Below, piece after piece: positions 12,307-24,099 of a stretch of 64,000 nt of DNA (within the stretch, counting starts at the first letter, position 1; each line of letters opens with the position of its first letter). The position numbers and the translations under genes are program-made. Below the pieces are notes generated by a model. That model worked only from the letters and a program-made list of their open reading frames with translations. It did not search any database and was not told where the DNA came from. The stretch is taken from NCBI RefSeq assembly GCF_009914755.1, contig NC_060944.1; one strand, given 5' to 3'. The stretch is from the human T2T-CHM13v2.0 reference genome, Homo sapiens.

Positions 12307-12831
12307 CTTTACACAGACCACACTGCTCAACTGTGCCCAACAGAAGGAAGGAGTCCTCAATACCATCAAGCACCCAGTCTGTGGACAAACACCCCTGATT
12401 GTCTCAAAATGCCTCCCCACATGGACGTGCTAGAAACCTGCTAAGCAGGTTCAGAGGCTGCATCTGGCAGGTCCGTCTCTTGAGTCTCTTTAATCTCCAG
12501 CAGTTCCTCTTCCCCACACCTGCTTCCCCATCATTCGTTGATGATTTGGCCGGATGCCTCCCCAAGGTGCCATTGAACCACCCTCTGCCCCACATACTAG
12601 AGCTGAGTAAGGAGACCTTGAACCTTCAGGAGATGACAGCTCTGTATCTGCTGGCAAGAGCCTCGTGGGCGGGGCTGCGTCTGTGTCCTGTTGTATTACA
12701 GCAAAAGGACGGCTTGTACAGCTGCCTCACTTTCTATGATGTTAAAATTATAAAGTTCTCTCCAGAATCTTTCAGCAGATAGTTTTAGCCTCACTGATGA
12801 GCGCTGCTATATCCATAATATTTCATTACAC

Positions 12832-13051
12832 CAGTGGTTCTCAGTCAGGGATGATTTTCCCTGCAGGGGATATTTAGCAATGTCTGAAGACATTTTTGGT
12901 TGTCACAATCAGGTGAGGGGGTGCTACTGGCAGCTAGTGGATAGACGAAAAAGATACTGCTAAATAGCCTATAATGTCCAGGACAGCCCACCCCCACTAC
13001 AAAGAATGATGCTACCCACAATGTCAGTAAGGCCAGGATTGAGAACACCTG
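12832..13051 (+). mobile_element. MER20 DNA transposon
   Basis: cagtggttctca...gacatttttggttgtcacaa...ttgagaacacctg. Confidence 0.8.
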
Positions 13052-13088
13052 CCCCTGCTCACGCCGGACACCCCCGGCCAGCGCTCAC

Positions 13089-13365
13089 CTGTTGATCTGG
13101 GTGACATATTGCTTCATCTCCTTCAGGGCCACATCCAGCTTGGTGAAGAGCTGCAGGTAGGCATCCTGGATCTCACGGTCCTCCTGCTTGAGTAGGAAGC
13201 TGAGGCCCCGGTCTTCCTGACCAAGGGTCCCACTGGCTGGCCCGAAGCTGCCATCATGGAGACCCTGGCCTTGGGGATCACCCTCTGCAGCAGGCAAGCA
13301 CTTCCAGGAGGGAGCAGCCATGGTGGTGATGCAGTGCTGGGTGTACGACATGGGGTTCAGGTGGC
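13089..13365 (-). CDS. PREX1: PREX1 exon 25 (277 nt)
   Basis: cag|GCCAC...ACAG|gtgagc; [22 protein letters not shown]...[12 protein letters not shown]. Confidence 0.96.
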
Positions 13366-13784
13366 CTGCAGTGGAGGAAGAGAGAGCTCACTGGAAAACA
13401 GCCCCCAGCATCCACTGGGCCTTTGGGCGGAACAATACAAACCCATTTCAAGGATCCCAATGAAGGAGAAAAATGTCCCTTCTAAATACTCTTAATTCAT
13501 TCAGTTACTTCAAGAAGACTGTTCCAGTCTGGTGCTAACATGCTTTTAACTACTGTGATCTTTTCCTGCCTGCAATGCAGACATGATGGCTGGTACCCCA
13601 GCAGATATCATCCACAAGGCATAAAGCCACATCTAGAGATGCTGTCCCATAAAGAGAGAAGGTCATCCCTGATGACCATGGAGCCGCCATTCCAGCCCTG
13701 GATGGCTGACCTTCAGACAAGTTTTGGTTTAAGTATCTGGAGTGCAACATCTGAACACAGTTTCTAATAGACACACACAGGTAC

Positions 13785-13995
13785 CTTGCTCCGGGTCAAG
13801 GCCGATGAGGGAGGGTTTGCGTCCAAAGCGGATGCTGAAGGACCTGCCCACTGAGGGGGTGGTCTTGGGGTAGGACACTTCCATGAGGTTGATGTGGCAA
13901 TTGGTGGGGCAGAAGTCCAGGCCACACAGCGGGTGGGGCTCCAGGGGGGCTTGTTTGAAGGGTGGGCTGACCCTGCTCTTCAGTTGGGCTGCAAA
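13785..13995 (-). CDS. PREX1: PREX1 exon 24 (211 nt)
   Basis: cag|TTTGCA...CAAG|gtacct; [70 protein letters not shown]. Confidence 0.95.
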
Positions 13996-14682
13996 CTGAG
14001 AAAGTGGAGGCCGTAAGGTCGTGAATCACAGGGCAGGGTCTGGAAATATTGGCCCATACCCAGTACCCACTTTATCCTGGCCTAGGCCAGATGCCCCACA
14101 GTTGGACAAAATGCCAGTAGCTCCAAATGAGAAGGGGAACCCCTGGACTGTGTTTCACGGCTCAGGACTGCAGGGAAGGCCTGGAGGAACCCAAGGCCTC
14201 GGGGTGCCCACCCCATGCATGGCTCCATTTTGGCTGCCCCTGAACCATCCTTGAGGCATTGTCTCTGCCCCACCCTCAGTTCATGAGGTTCAGGGTCAAC
14301 GTGCCTCTCCATCCCTATGGCGATTGGAACCAGGTGAGGCAAGTGACCTAAGCCAAGCCAACCAGAACTCCCTTGGAGTTAATTTTCTCCTGGGCTTGCT
14401 GAGGCTAGAGCTATCAAGGGCCAACGTGTCCCCACCACATGAGAAGGGTTTGCCTGAGAGTGAACCCAGCGCTAAGGAAAACGAAGCCAGGAGATGCGGA
14501 GAGGCCGCACTGCTATGATGTGATAAGTTCACCTCCGTCCTTTTCAGTAATACACACCATACATTCTCCTGTTTGTTTCAGCTGAGTTGGGTTGGGCTTT
14601 GTAATTTACAACCCAAATATCCCAGGCTGAGATGCTATGTCTGGGACCTGTGGCAGAGACCCCGGAGGGAGCACGCAGGCAC

Positions 14683-14844
14683 CTCCTGGTAGCAGGCAAT
14701 CCTCTGGCCAATGCTCTCCAGCTTGGTGTCGCAGATGTTGCGGAACTCAAAGTGGGGCATGGTCACGATGGCGCTGCTCAGGGCCATGAGCCGCCTGCAG
14801 TTCTCCACGAAGACGCTGTCATTGGCAGCAAAGGCCTCGAGGAT
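14683..14844 (-). CDS. PREX1: PREX1 exon 23 (162 nt)
   Basis: cag|ATCCTC...GGAG|gtgcct; [54 protein letters not shown]. Confidence 0.95.
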
Positions 14845-15184
14845 CTGCAGAAATGTCAACAGCTACTGAGCATTCCCTGTGTGCCGGGAAGATTTTAAGC
14901 GGTTCACCCACAGTGACTCCTGTACTACTCGTAATACCCCCCGGGAAGTCAGGTGTGTTGCTGGCCCATATTGCACGGGAGTAAACTGAGGCTAAAGGGA
15001 CAAGCCACTCTGCACAGTCCCACGCTACCTAGTGGTGGGACAAGGACCAGAATTCAGGACTCCAGGCTAAGCCTGAGGAAATGGGATTCGGGTGTCCCAC
15101 CCAACTCCTTCTCCCAACCTTTGATAAGAGAAACTGGCTTCAATCCCCCAGGGTAGGGCAGGGCCAGGCAGTGCCCAAGGAGAC

Positions 15185-15372
15185 CTTGGCAGTGAGGCCG
15201 AAGCAGCCGCGGGGCTCCACGATCTTCTCCAGCACATGGCACCTGACGCCTGCCGTGCTCACATACTCATACACCACGCCGTGTTCCAGGTGCACGTTGT
15301 CCACAGTCAGGGTGACCATGGGGCTGTCCTCACACAGGCTCAGCCGGGGACCCAGGGACAGCAGTGGGAAGG
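15185..15372 (-). CDS. PREX1: PREX1 exon 22 (188 nt)
   Basis: cag|CCTTC...CAAG|gtctcc; [63 protein letters not shown]. Confidence 0.94.
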
Positions 15373-15739
15373 CTGGAAGCCAAAAGAGGTGACATCTGAG
15401 CAGAGATCAGAGGGAGGGAGGAAGGCGAGGCGAGGAGGATTCTGGAGGAAGCCTTCCAGGCAGTGGGAACAGCAAGTGCAAAGGCCCCAGGGCAGGAGTA
15501 CATTCCGCCAGAGTAGAGAGGCGAGTGGGGAAGTGATGGAAGGTGTTGGAGAGCCAGTCTGGACAAGGTCACACAAGCCATCCAAGGCCTGGCCTTGAGG
15601 ACAGAGGGAGCCATCGGAAGGTTCTCTTCTCATCTGGGGGAATAGCCCCTTGGAGGAGAGGAAGTCAGAACAGGGAGAGCCATGAGCAGGCTACTGCCAC
15701 CGTCCTGGTAAGAAATGATAGTGGCTTGGACCAGGGAGC

Positions 15740-15921
15740 TGAAACGGGCAAGGAAACAGATTCTCCCCGAGAGCCCAAGGAGGACCACAGCCCTGTGGAC
15801 ACCATGATTTCAGCCCAGTGGGACGCGGACTTCTGACCTCCAAAATTTAAGTAGTAACTGTGTGTTGTTTAAGCTGCTGGGTTTGGGGCACTTTGCTATA
15901 GCAGCCATCAGAAACTGACAT
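15740..15921 (+). mobile_element. MLT1 (MaLR) LTR 3' fragment
   Basis: aaggaaacagattctcccc...gttgtttaagc...ctttgctatagcagc..gaaactgaca. Confidence 0.6.
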
Positions 15922-15938
15922 AACATCGTGGGCATCGC

Positions 15939-16245
15939 GGCCGTGCGCAGTGGTGCACACCTGTAATCCCAGCACTCTGCGAGGCCGAGGCAAGAAGATT
16001 GCTTCAGCCCAGGAGTTAAGAGACCAGCCTGGGCAACATAGGGAGACCTCATCTCTAAAAAAAAACTCTAAAATTTAAAAAATTAGCCAGGTGTGGTGGT
16101 ACACGCTTGTGATCCTGGCTACTCCGGAGGCTGAGGTGGATCACTTGAACCAGGGAGGTTGGGGCTGCAGTGAGCTGTGGTCACAACACTACACTCCAGC
16201 CTGGGTGACAGAGCCAGAACCTGTCTCCAAAAAGGAAAAAAAAAA
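15939..16245 (+). mobile_element. Alu (J-like)
   Basis: Alu consensus with A tail. Confidence 0.88.
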
Positions 16246-16373
16246 CAAACCTGCTGGCATGGAGGTGGACTGGCTGGGAGGAGGGGAGGGGAGGGGACAA
16301 CAGGAGAGGACCCAGCCCCTCCGGAGTCTCAGTCCCTCTGGAAGCTCCTGTCATGCCATGCCCCGTCTATTAC

Positions 16374-16494
16374 CTGAATCAGCCTGGTCTTCCTCCTGGG
16401 CCTGCTCGCCACTGGGGTCCTCAGTGGAGGCCTCCTGACTGGCTCGTGCTTCCTGGGCATCCTCATGGGTGTGGTAGATCCAGTGGTACAGGCC
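16374..16494 (-). CDS. PREX1: PREX1 exon 21 (121 nt)
   Basis: cag|GGCCTG...TCAG|gtaata; [40 protein letters not shown]. Confidence 0.96.
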
Positions 16495-17148
16495 CTGCCA
16501 GAAGCCAGAGTAAGGGGACAGCCATGGTGCCGGCAGGTAGGGAGGAGGGGACAGGGCCGAGGTGTGAACTGCCCCTGGGTTCCAGAGCTCTGGAAACTCA
16601 CTGACCACCAGTCACACTCAGCCCTCACCGTGCACAGTCTATGCTCCATACAGAAGCCAGGGGATGTGAAAATGTGAGGCAGGGACATGGGTGCAGACAC
16701 GTCTCTCCTGTGTCCCCAGGGTCTACAAACATGCCTGGTGCACAGCAGGTGCCCAACACACACACACTGAGTGAACCAGTGAATCAATCAATGAGGGAAT
16801 CTCGCCCTCCACCAGAACCCTGGCCCCCAACCAAATGGAGTATCCACTTTCGCAACCCACTTGACTATGTGCCCAACATGCCTATGTGGTGAGGAGAGAG
16901 GGTCTGGTCACACCCATTTCACAGCTGTGAAAACCGAGACCCCCGGGTATCATGGCTCAGCAACTCTGGTTTAAGGATGCAGCGGGAGCACAAAGCTCAG
17001 GCCCAGCTCCCTCTTGTTGGGTCAGCAGCTCCACCCTACTCACAACCAGTGGTACATGCAGGCTTTTCTCTAAAGAGAGGACAGCCCTCAGCCACCCACC
17101 CCCACTCAGCAGGACTTCTTTGACGGCCCCGGTTTCCAGTAAACTTAC

Positions 17149-17285
17149 CAGGGCCTCTTCGCGCCGACTCCGGAATGCCTGGAAGTGCTCCAGGACCTCA
17201 GGGGCACCATCGTTCATCACGTTGCTGCCATTGACCTTCAGAATGCACTGACCAGCACAGAGCCCTGCAGCCATGGCCTCAGAGC
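17149..17285 (-). CDS. PREX1: PREX1 exon 20 (137 nt), PDZ2
   Basis: tag|GCTCT...CCTG|gtaagt; [46 protein letters not shown]. Confidence 0.96.
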
Positions 17286-18166
17286 CTAAGGGGAACAGGA
17301 GCACATGAGGCTGGATGCCAGGCAAGTACAAGCAGCCCGCTGAACACTGTCCCCCACCACCCACCACTGCAACCCCAGACACGCGCAAGGACTCCACCTC
17401 CACCCCTCCCACCCCAGAGCCGCCCTCTGACACTCCAGTGCAAAGAATGGATTGATGTTCCCATTTTGCAGAAGAAACTAAGGTTCAGAGAAGTAGTAGC
17501 TGGCCCAAGGTCACGCAGCAAGGCAAACGGGATCCGATTCAGGCCCGTTTCACTCTAGAACCTCGTCTCCTTTAAAGTCCTGCAGCCGCCTTGTGCTACT
17601 GGGCCGCATTTGGCAGAAAGCGTGATGGGCTCAGAGAGGCAAAGCCATGCTCTCTAGGCCGAATGGCCAGAAGCCAGGATTCCAACCAGGCCTATGAGAC
17701 TCCAAGGGCAAGGTTTTTCAGCTATTCCACAATCCCCAAACCGTAGGTCTTGAACCCAGGGTTTTTTTTGTAGTTCATGTGAAAGGTCTGGAAATGCAAA
17801 CAAATGTCAAGCTTTGCCCAGACATGGGGCAATACCAGGCCTGAATGGTGTGGTGGTGCCAAGTACAGCCCCTGGGGACTTGCATGGCTTCAAACCCTGG
17901 CTCTGCCATAGACCGACCCTGGAACCTTCGGCAAGTCCCTTCACTCTCTGGAGGCTGGCTTCCTCATCTGTGAAATGGGAACGCTCATAATCCCTACGCT
18001 GAGGGTCGCGGGGAGATCCGACGAGCTAACACGTGTGCAGCATTTAGCATCGTGCCTGGCACTCGGTAAGTGCTCAAGGAATAGCAGCTGGTTTATTCTT
18101 TTTACCGTCTTTGCCTATGAACACCTATTACTACCCATTATCAGTATCTCTGCAGATGTTCTGAGG

Positions 18167-18387
18167 CAGGATTTCTCACCAAGGCACTGCTGACATTTTG
18201 GGCCAGATAATTCTGTGTGGTTCTCTGGGGCTGTCCTGTGCACTGCAGCACGTTTAGCAGGATCCCTGGTCTACCCACTAACCGCCAGAAACACCCCCTC
18301 CCCAGTTACGACAAACAAAAATGTCTCCGGGCAGGGCCGATGTCCTCTGGAGAGGAGGCTAAGTTGTCCCAAGGTGAGAATCACTGC
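18167..18387 (-). mobile_element. MER20 DNA transposon
   Basis: caggatttctca...gacattttgggccagataattct...tgagaatcactg (reverse complement of MER20). Confidence 0.75.
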
Positions 18388-19077
18388 TTTAGGACAAAAT
18401 GAAAACCTACTTTAAAATATTATCAAATTCTCAGTAACCTTCTGTCATGGTATGCGTTTTCTTAATGAACACCTAGTAAACACACAACTATGACCACACA
18501 AGTGAAAAATTTATGTTTAAACTTTAAAGGGAGGGGCACTTAGATGCAAAAAAAGTTTGGGGGCCCAGTATCATAGACCTACTTGGTTCCATCTCCAAGA
18601 CATAGTGACGCCTTTAATAGCACACAAGGAATAGGCAATGCAGAAAGCAGAGGTCTTGAACTGGTGGCCTTTCAGCTGGATCCGGCCATAGAAGTATTGC
18701 GGCAGAGCCCCCAAATTTGCATTGGTGGCTTCTCTTAGAAAATCAAGTCTGGTGAGAGTGGACCCACATTCCTGTCTGGCAATAAGGAGCTCCAGCTGAA
18801 GAGCCACTGCTCCTTCCAGAGTGAACATGTATTTTTTCACCTTGCCATAGTCCTCACCACTACCCACTGTCTTCCACTGGGATGGCTACCCACTTGTAGC
18901 CTGCCTGACCCCAACAGGCATTTGTGTTTGCAAGTCTTGGCATCAGGCAAAGAAAATAAGTGCTGATGGTACATTGTCTGGCAGAAGCCTAGAGTTCAGA
19001 AGGCTCTGAACTCCTGCCACACAGACAGATCCACCATCTTCTGCACCTTTCCCCTCTCTCCCAAGGCTCCCACTCAC

Positions 19078-19163
19078 CTCTCCCCACAGCATAGACGTAC
19101 GGTGGGGCAGCTCCACGAATCTGGAAGCACAGTGTGTCCGGCTGGTCGGGGATTTTGATGATC
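19078..19163 (-). CDS. PREX1: PREX1 exon 19 (86 nt), PDZ2
   Basis: cag|GATC...AGAG|gtgagt; [28 protein letters not shown]. Confidence 0.96.
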
Positions 19164-20828
19164 CTGCACCAGGTAGAAGAGGCAGGGAAAAAGGCCATGA
19201 GGAAAACCAGCATCACTCTCAATAACCCCGGTGCCAACCCAGAGACTTTCTGCCTTGGAAACACTGGGAAAATTCAGCCCAAAATAGTAGTAGCACCACC
19301 AGGCTTTCCAGCTCCCAAATACAGAGAGAAATGTCAATCAGGCAGAGCCCATGCCACCAGGATCTTTGATTAAGCACAACCCACTGGCCTGCCCTTGGAG
19401 CTTCTGTCCTCGAACAGAAATTCCAGACCATCCTCCCACACCTCCATCATTCTCCTGTCCTAAGACCCTTGGAGGTGAGACCAGCACTCCAACCAGTCAA
19501 TAGTTTAACAATCGCAGGTGGGAGGGTGAGAAGTGATCTGCTGGTACATCTCGGTGCTGACCCTAGAAAAACACCCACACAAGTCCCCTAGGAAGGCAGG
19601 TCTGGGCCATTCTGTGGGTCGATCCCCAAAGCAGAGAGGCAGCACCTGCCAGGGAGGGCAATGGGTGTCACTGCTCCTGGAGCATCAGTACCCTGCCCAC
19701 ATCCCCGTCTAAGGCAGGTCTCCAACCCTATGCTGCACAATTGTCCCTCCCATTCCCCCCTGCAGATAAAGCCGAGCGGGGAGCCTGCTCTCAAACCAGG
19801 TGTTTCCACAGCTTTCAGCAGACACATTCCACCTTGGTGCTTTCTGCCACTTCCACATACCAACCCATCGATCAACCACATTTTCCCTAAGTCAGCTCGC
19901 CTTTTTACTGAAATAATCATATTTAAAACTTTCCACCCCTCCTGTCAAGAGAAGATCTGTGTTAAATAAAAGGGAAAAGTGAAAAACCAGATGCATAATT
20001 TTTCAAAGACAAAATGCTTTGCTCCCCGGTACCTACCCCTAGCACGGGTCTGCTCCTCCCACCCCTGCTCTCGCACTCTGCTGAGCCACCACCTCCTCAG
20101 CTCCCCCGAGAGCCACCTTTGCCCCTGACAATCTGAGCTCCACTTGCAGCCACAGGACTTCGATCAGAAGCTTCCAGTGGCTCCCCATGGGTCCTTGCCA
20201 GGGGCCTCCAGGGCCTGGACCCCGTTACCCTACAGACCTCACTACCCAGCCCTCCCTCTCACTCACTGCTCCAGCCCCATCAGCTTCCTTCTGCTCTTCC
20301 AATGCGCCAGACACGGTCCCACTTCAGGGCCTCTGCCCTAGCTGCTTCCCCTGCCTGGAGCCCTCTTCCTCCAGAAATCCCCTTGACTCCCCCCTCATCT
20401 GCTTCGGGTCTTCACCCCGACTCGCAGTGACGTCTCCCTGACAGCCATCCCTCTGCACACTCTGGCCCCTTTCCCGGGTTTATAGAAACTTATCTGTGCC
20501 ACGCTCACCAGCACAGGCTCAGTGTCTTACTTCTGTATCTGCACATTGTCTGTCTCCTGCCTCCTCCCCCAACTAGATCTGAGATCTATGAATGGCAGGA
20601 ACCGCATGCATCCCCACGTGGCTGGATTCCCAGGGCCCAAACTGCCACCAAGCACAGAGTGGCACTCTGTAAACATCTGCCGAATTAATGAAGGTCCAGC
20701 TTGTGTTGTGTGACTCCAACAATGGGTCCCAGCCACGGGGGACCAGGACAGTTCATGCCACCCCAGCCCTCAGCCACCACTCAGCCTGAGAGGCAGGGCT
20801 GCCGGACACCCCGCCCTGGGACACTCAC

Positions 20829-20977
20829 TCTTTGGCCTTCGTGGCCACCAGGAGGCGCAGAGGGCGGCGGGAGCAGAAGGACTGGTTGAGGATGGACTCC
20901 ACCTCTGAAAACGGCCGCAGGAACACCAGGTCCTCATTGATGGAGTAGATCTTCCTCCCCACCTGCAGGCCAGCCAT
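20829..20977 (-). CDS. PREX1: PREX1 exon 18 (149 nt), PDZ1
   Basis: cag|ATGGCT...AAAGA|gtgagt; [49 protein letters not shown]. Confidence 0.95.
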
Positions 20978-21924
20978 CTGGGTAGGGACGGCAGAGGACA
21001 GACGTGCACACCAGTTACTAAGCTCCTTCCCTCCTCACCAAGGAAGCTCAAATGTGTTCAGCAGAAGGGTGCTGGCCCAAGGGATCCAGCAGGACTGGGT
21101 GACTGCGTGCTGTCTGTGGTAAGCAGTTGAGGGGCACAAGGGACCTGGTTCTGCCTCATGAGCCACAAAGGGAAGCTCATGGGAGGGCAGCTGGGAAAGG
21201 TATTCCTCCTGAGGGGAAACTCTGCTGGGGCCTGACCCTGTTGTGTGGGGACACGAGGGTCACACCGGGGTGGCCATCTTATGTCTGTTAGGGCCTGGCG
21301 AAGAAAGATGAAGACCTGCTGACCCGAACCAAGATTCACAACTGCCTCCTTCCAACCGCTCACATCACTGGCAAGGTCAACCTAGCCGCTCCGGCCATGG
21401 GTATGTCGCTCCTTGCAGCCCAAAGCATTCCTAATTGCCACAGGGGCAAGCTGGGCTCCAGCCAGCACGGCAGGTGCATCTCCCCCACCCACCTGCACAC
21501 GCCCCAGGCAAAGCCGGAAGGCCCCAGGGCTGAATCCTCGGCCAGCCACACCCTCACTCTCCTAACCTATCCTCCTGTAGGCTTTGCATCAGACAGCAAT
21601 GAGCTTATCTTATTCAAGCCACTGTGACTGGTTGCAGAAAACTGAGACACCTGCTTTTTTCCTGTACCTCCCCACAATGTCCAGCAGAGGGCAGTGGTGG
21701 AACACACCAGGAGCACAGCCCCGGGACTCTGCACTCACTCCCAGCTACTGTAGCCACTGCAGACAGTGGGTCCTGGACTCAGTTTCTCCACGTGAGCAAT
21801 GAGAGAAGAGGAGTCAGCGATCATTCCAGAATCTCCTGGGCTGGGCTGCCTCAAGGAGGGTGAAGAGAGACACCCCGCTCTGCCACCTGCACACGGTCCC
21901 TGCCAGCTCCCCCGAGGGCCTCAC

Positions 21925-22017
21925 CTCAGCCAGCGAGCCCCTCTGGACGGACTTCACCACCACAGCCTTGTTCTTCTCCTCGATGTCAAAGCCATAGTCC
22001 TCCTCCTGGGGCAGGAT
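21925..22017 (-). CDS. PREX1: PREX1 exon 17 (93 nt), PDZ1
   Basis: cag|ATCCTG...TGAG|gtgagg; [31 protein letters not shown]. Confidence 0.96.
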
Positions 22018-22735
22018 CTGGGGGCCCAGGGCAGAAGGAACCCGGTCAGGGAGCGAGGTGGGCCTACGGCCAGCCCCACCGTGGCCCCCACAGGACCATG
22101 ACCTCGTCCCAGGTCTAGTAGGGAAGTGGCCAGATCCAGGTGGGCGAGACAGAGCAAAACGCAAACAGCACCTGGCAGAGCCAGTGCTCACTCTGTGCCT
22201 GCCACTGGCTTAACGAATCACACGGATCCAAAGGTGTCCAGCCACCAAGAATGTGGAGTCAGGGAGTTTAGGGAGGAGCGGTCCCACCCCAGGGCAGGAT
22301 GGCAGGCATGCTAGAAACAGGTCTGGGGGTTCCCCAGTGCGGGGGATACAGGGAAAGGCACTCATTCAGTCAACAGACATTGACTGAGATGCTGCCCATC
22401 ACACGGGCCAGGCAGTTCTCATGGGTGCTGGAGACACCATCTAGAACAAGACAAACAAGCCCAGCCCTGCTTAGTGCGGGAGGCCAACTATAAACGAATA
22501 AACAAAAGAAATACAGGATGTGATGCAGGGAGTGTACATAGTTGGAATTAAAGCACTTAATGGGATAGGGCACGGCAAGGGGGCAGAGAAGGTGCTATCG
22601 GAGCTGAGGCCTGAACGAAATGAAAAACAAAACTTCATAAAGAGTGGAGGAACATGCTCCAGGCAGCAGGCACAGCACGTACAAAGGTCCTGAGGGAGGC
22701 CCCAAGGCACTGGAGGATAAGAAAAGAGATCAGGA

Positions 22736-22918
22736 GGTCAGGCGCAGTGGCTCACGCTTGTAATCCCAGCACTTTGGGAGGCCGAGACGGGTTGATCGCT
22801 TGATCCCAGGAGTTCAAGACCAGCCTGGGCAACATAGCAAAACCCTGTCTTTATAAAAAATACAAAAATTAGCTGGGTGTGGTGGCGCAGGTCTGTTGTC
22901 CTAGCCACTGGGGAGGCA
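22736..22918 (+). mobile_element. Alu, left monomer plus start of right monomer
   Basis: Alu consensus that runs into a purine tract. Confidence 0.85.
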
Positions 22919-23198
22919 GAGGAGAGGAGAGAGGAGAGAGGGGAGGGGAGAAAGGGGAAGGGAGGGGAGAGAGGGGAATGGAGGGGAGGGGAGGGAAGAA
23001 AGAAAGGGGAGGAGAGAAAGAAAAGGAAGGAAGGAAGGAAGGAAGGAAGGAAGGAAGGAAGGAAGGAAGGAAGGGCGGGCACGAGAGAGAGAGAGAAAGA
23101 AGAAAAGAAAACAAGAAAAGAGAAAAGAAAGAAGAGAGAGGAAGGAAGGAGGAAGGGAGGGAAAGAGGAAAGAGAGAAGGGGAGGGGAGGGGAGTGAG
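22915..23198. repeat. Polypurine tract incl. (GGAA)12 at 23025-23072
   Basis: Directly visible. Confidence 0.9.
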
Positions 23199-23731
23199 AG
23201 GTTTAATTTTATCCTAAGTGTGACGGGAAGCACTGGGGGACTTTACAGTGAGAGGAATGAAATCAGAGGGAACAGCAGTCCCTGCAGTACTATGGGAGAG
23301 AAGTTAATGGAGCCGTCTTCATATGAGTCAGGCTTCAGCTCCAACCCTGGCAGTGACCAGAAACCTAACCTCTGAGCCTCTGTCTTGACTGCCTGCTGCA
23401 GGCCACGCGTTAAGATGGGGGCTGCTGTGGGGTATGCAGGATGAGTTGCTTCAGGAGGCCAACCTCTCTATACAGTGTACGGGGAGGGGACAGGAGAGGC
23501 AAGGGAACAGAAAGGGAGACCTGCAAGCCCAATCTCTTTTGTTAGGAGGGTAGTCTCAGCCAGTGATGCAGCCTGGCTTCTTGGCAGAGTTGCCCCCTAC
23601 CACCTAGAATCCACCTATTCTGGTACTCCAAGCTGAGCCCCCTTCCCTGTGCATAGCCAGAAGGTCGCCCAGCTCCCATGCCTGCAGGGGGCTCTGGCAA
23701 GGAAGGGACAGCTGCTCAGCTGTGCTCCTAC

Positions 23732-23874
23732 CAGCAGGCGCTTGGCCAGAATGTTCTCCACCAGCTTGAAGTCGTTGCGAAGCTGTTTGTTCTTGCTGCT
23801 GGTCCCCTCCATCTCCTCGTCAGCATGAAAGCGGAAGTACTGGGACTCATCCCTGAACTCGCTCTTCTCCAGCA
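23732..23874 (-). CDS. PREX1: PREX1 exon 16 (143 nt), end of DEP2/linker
   Basis: cag|TGCTG...GCTG|gtagga; [48 protein letters not shown]. Confidence 0.96.
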
Positions 23875-24099
23875 CTGCAGATCCACAGATGTGCACTCAG
23901 TGGTCAGATTCACATGGGAAAGTTTCAGCCATGTTTGCCAACTGGCAGGCACAGGCTGGAACTAGGCCATGGACACGTTTGGTTTGGCAAACACTATTCT
24001 ATTAAAATGGAATCATATGCCAACACTAACATATTAGGATATTTCACAAAGCGATCTGGCTTTCTGACTTCTCTTGAAAAGTCTGAACTTGCCTCACCT

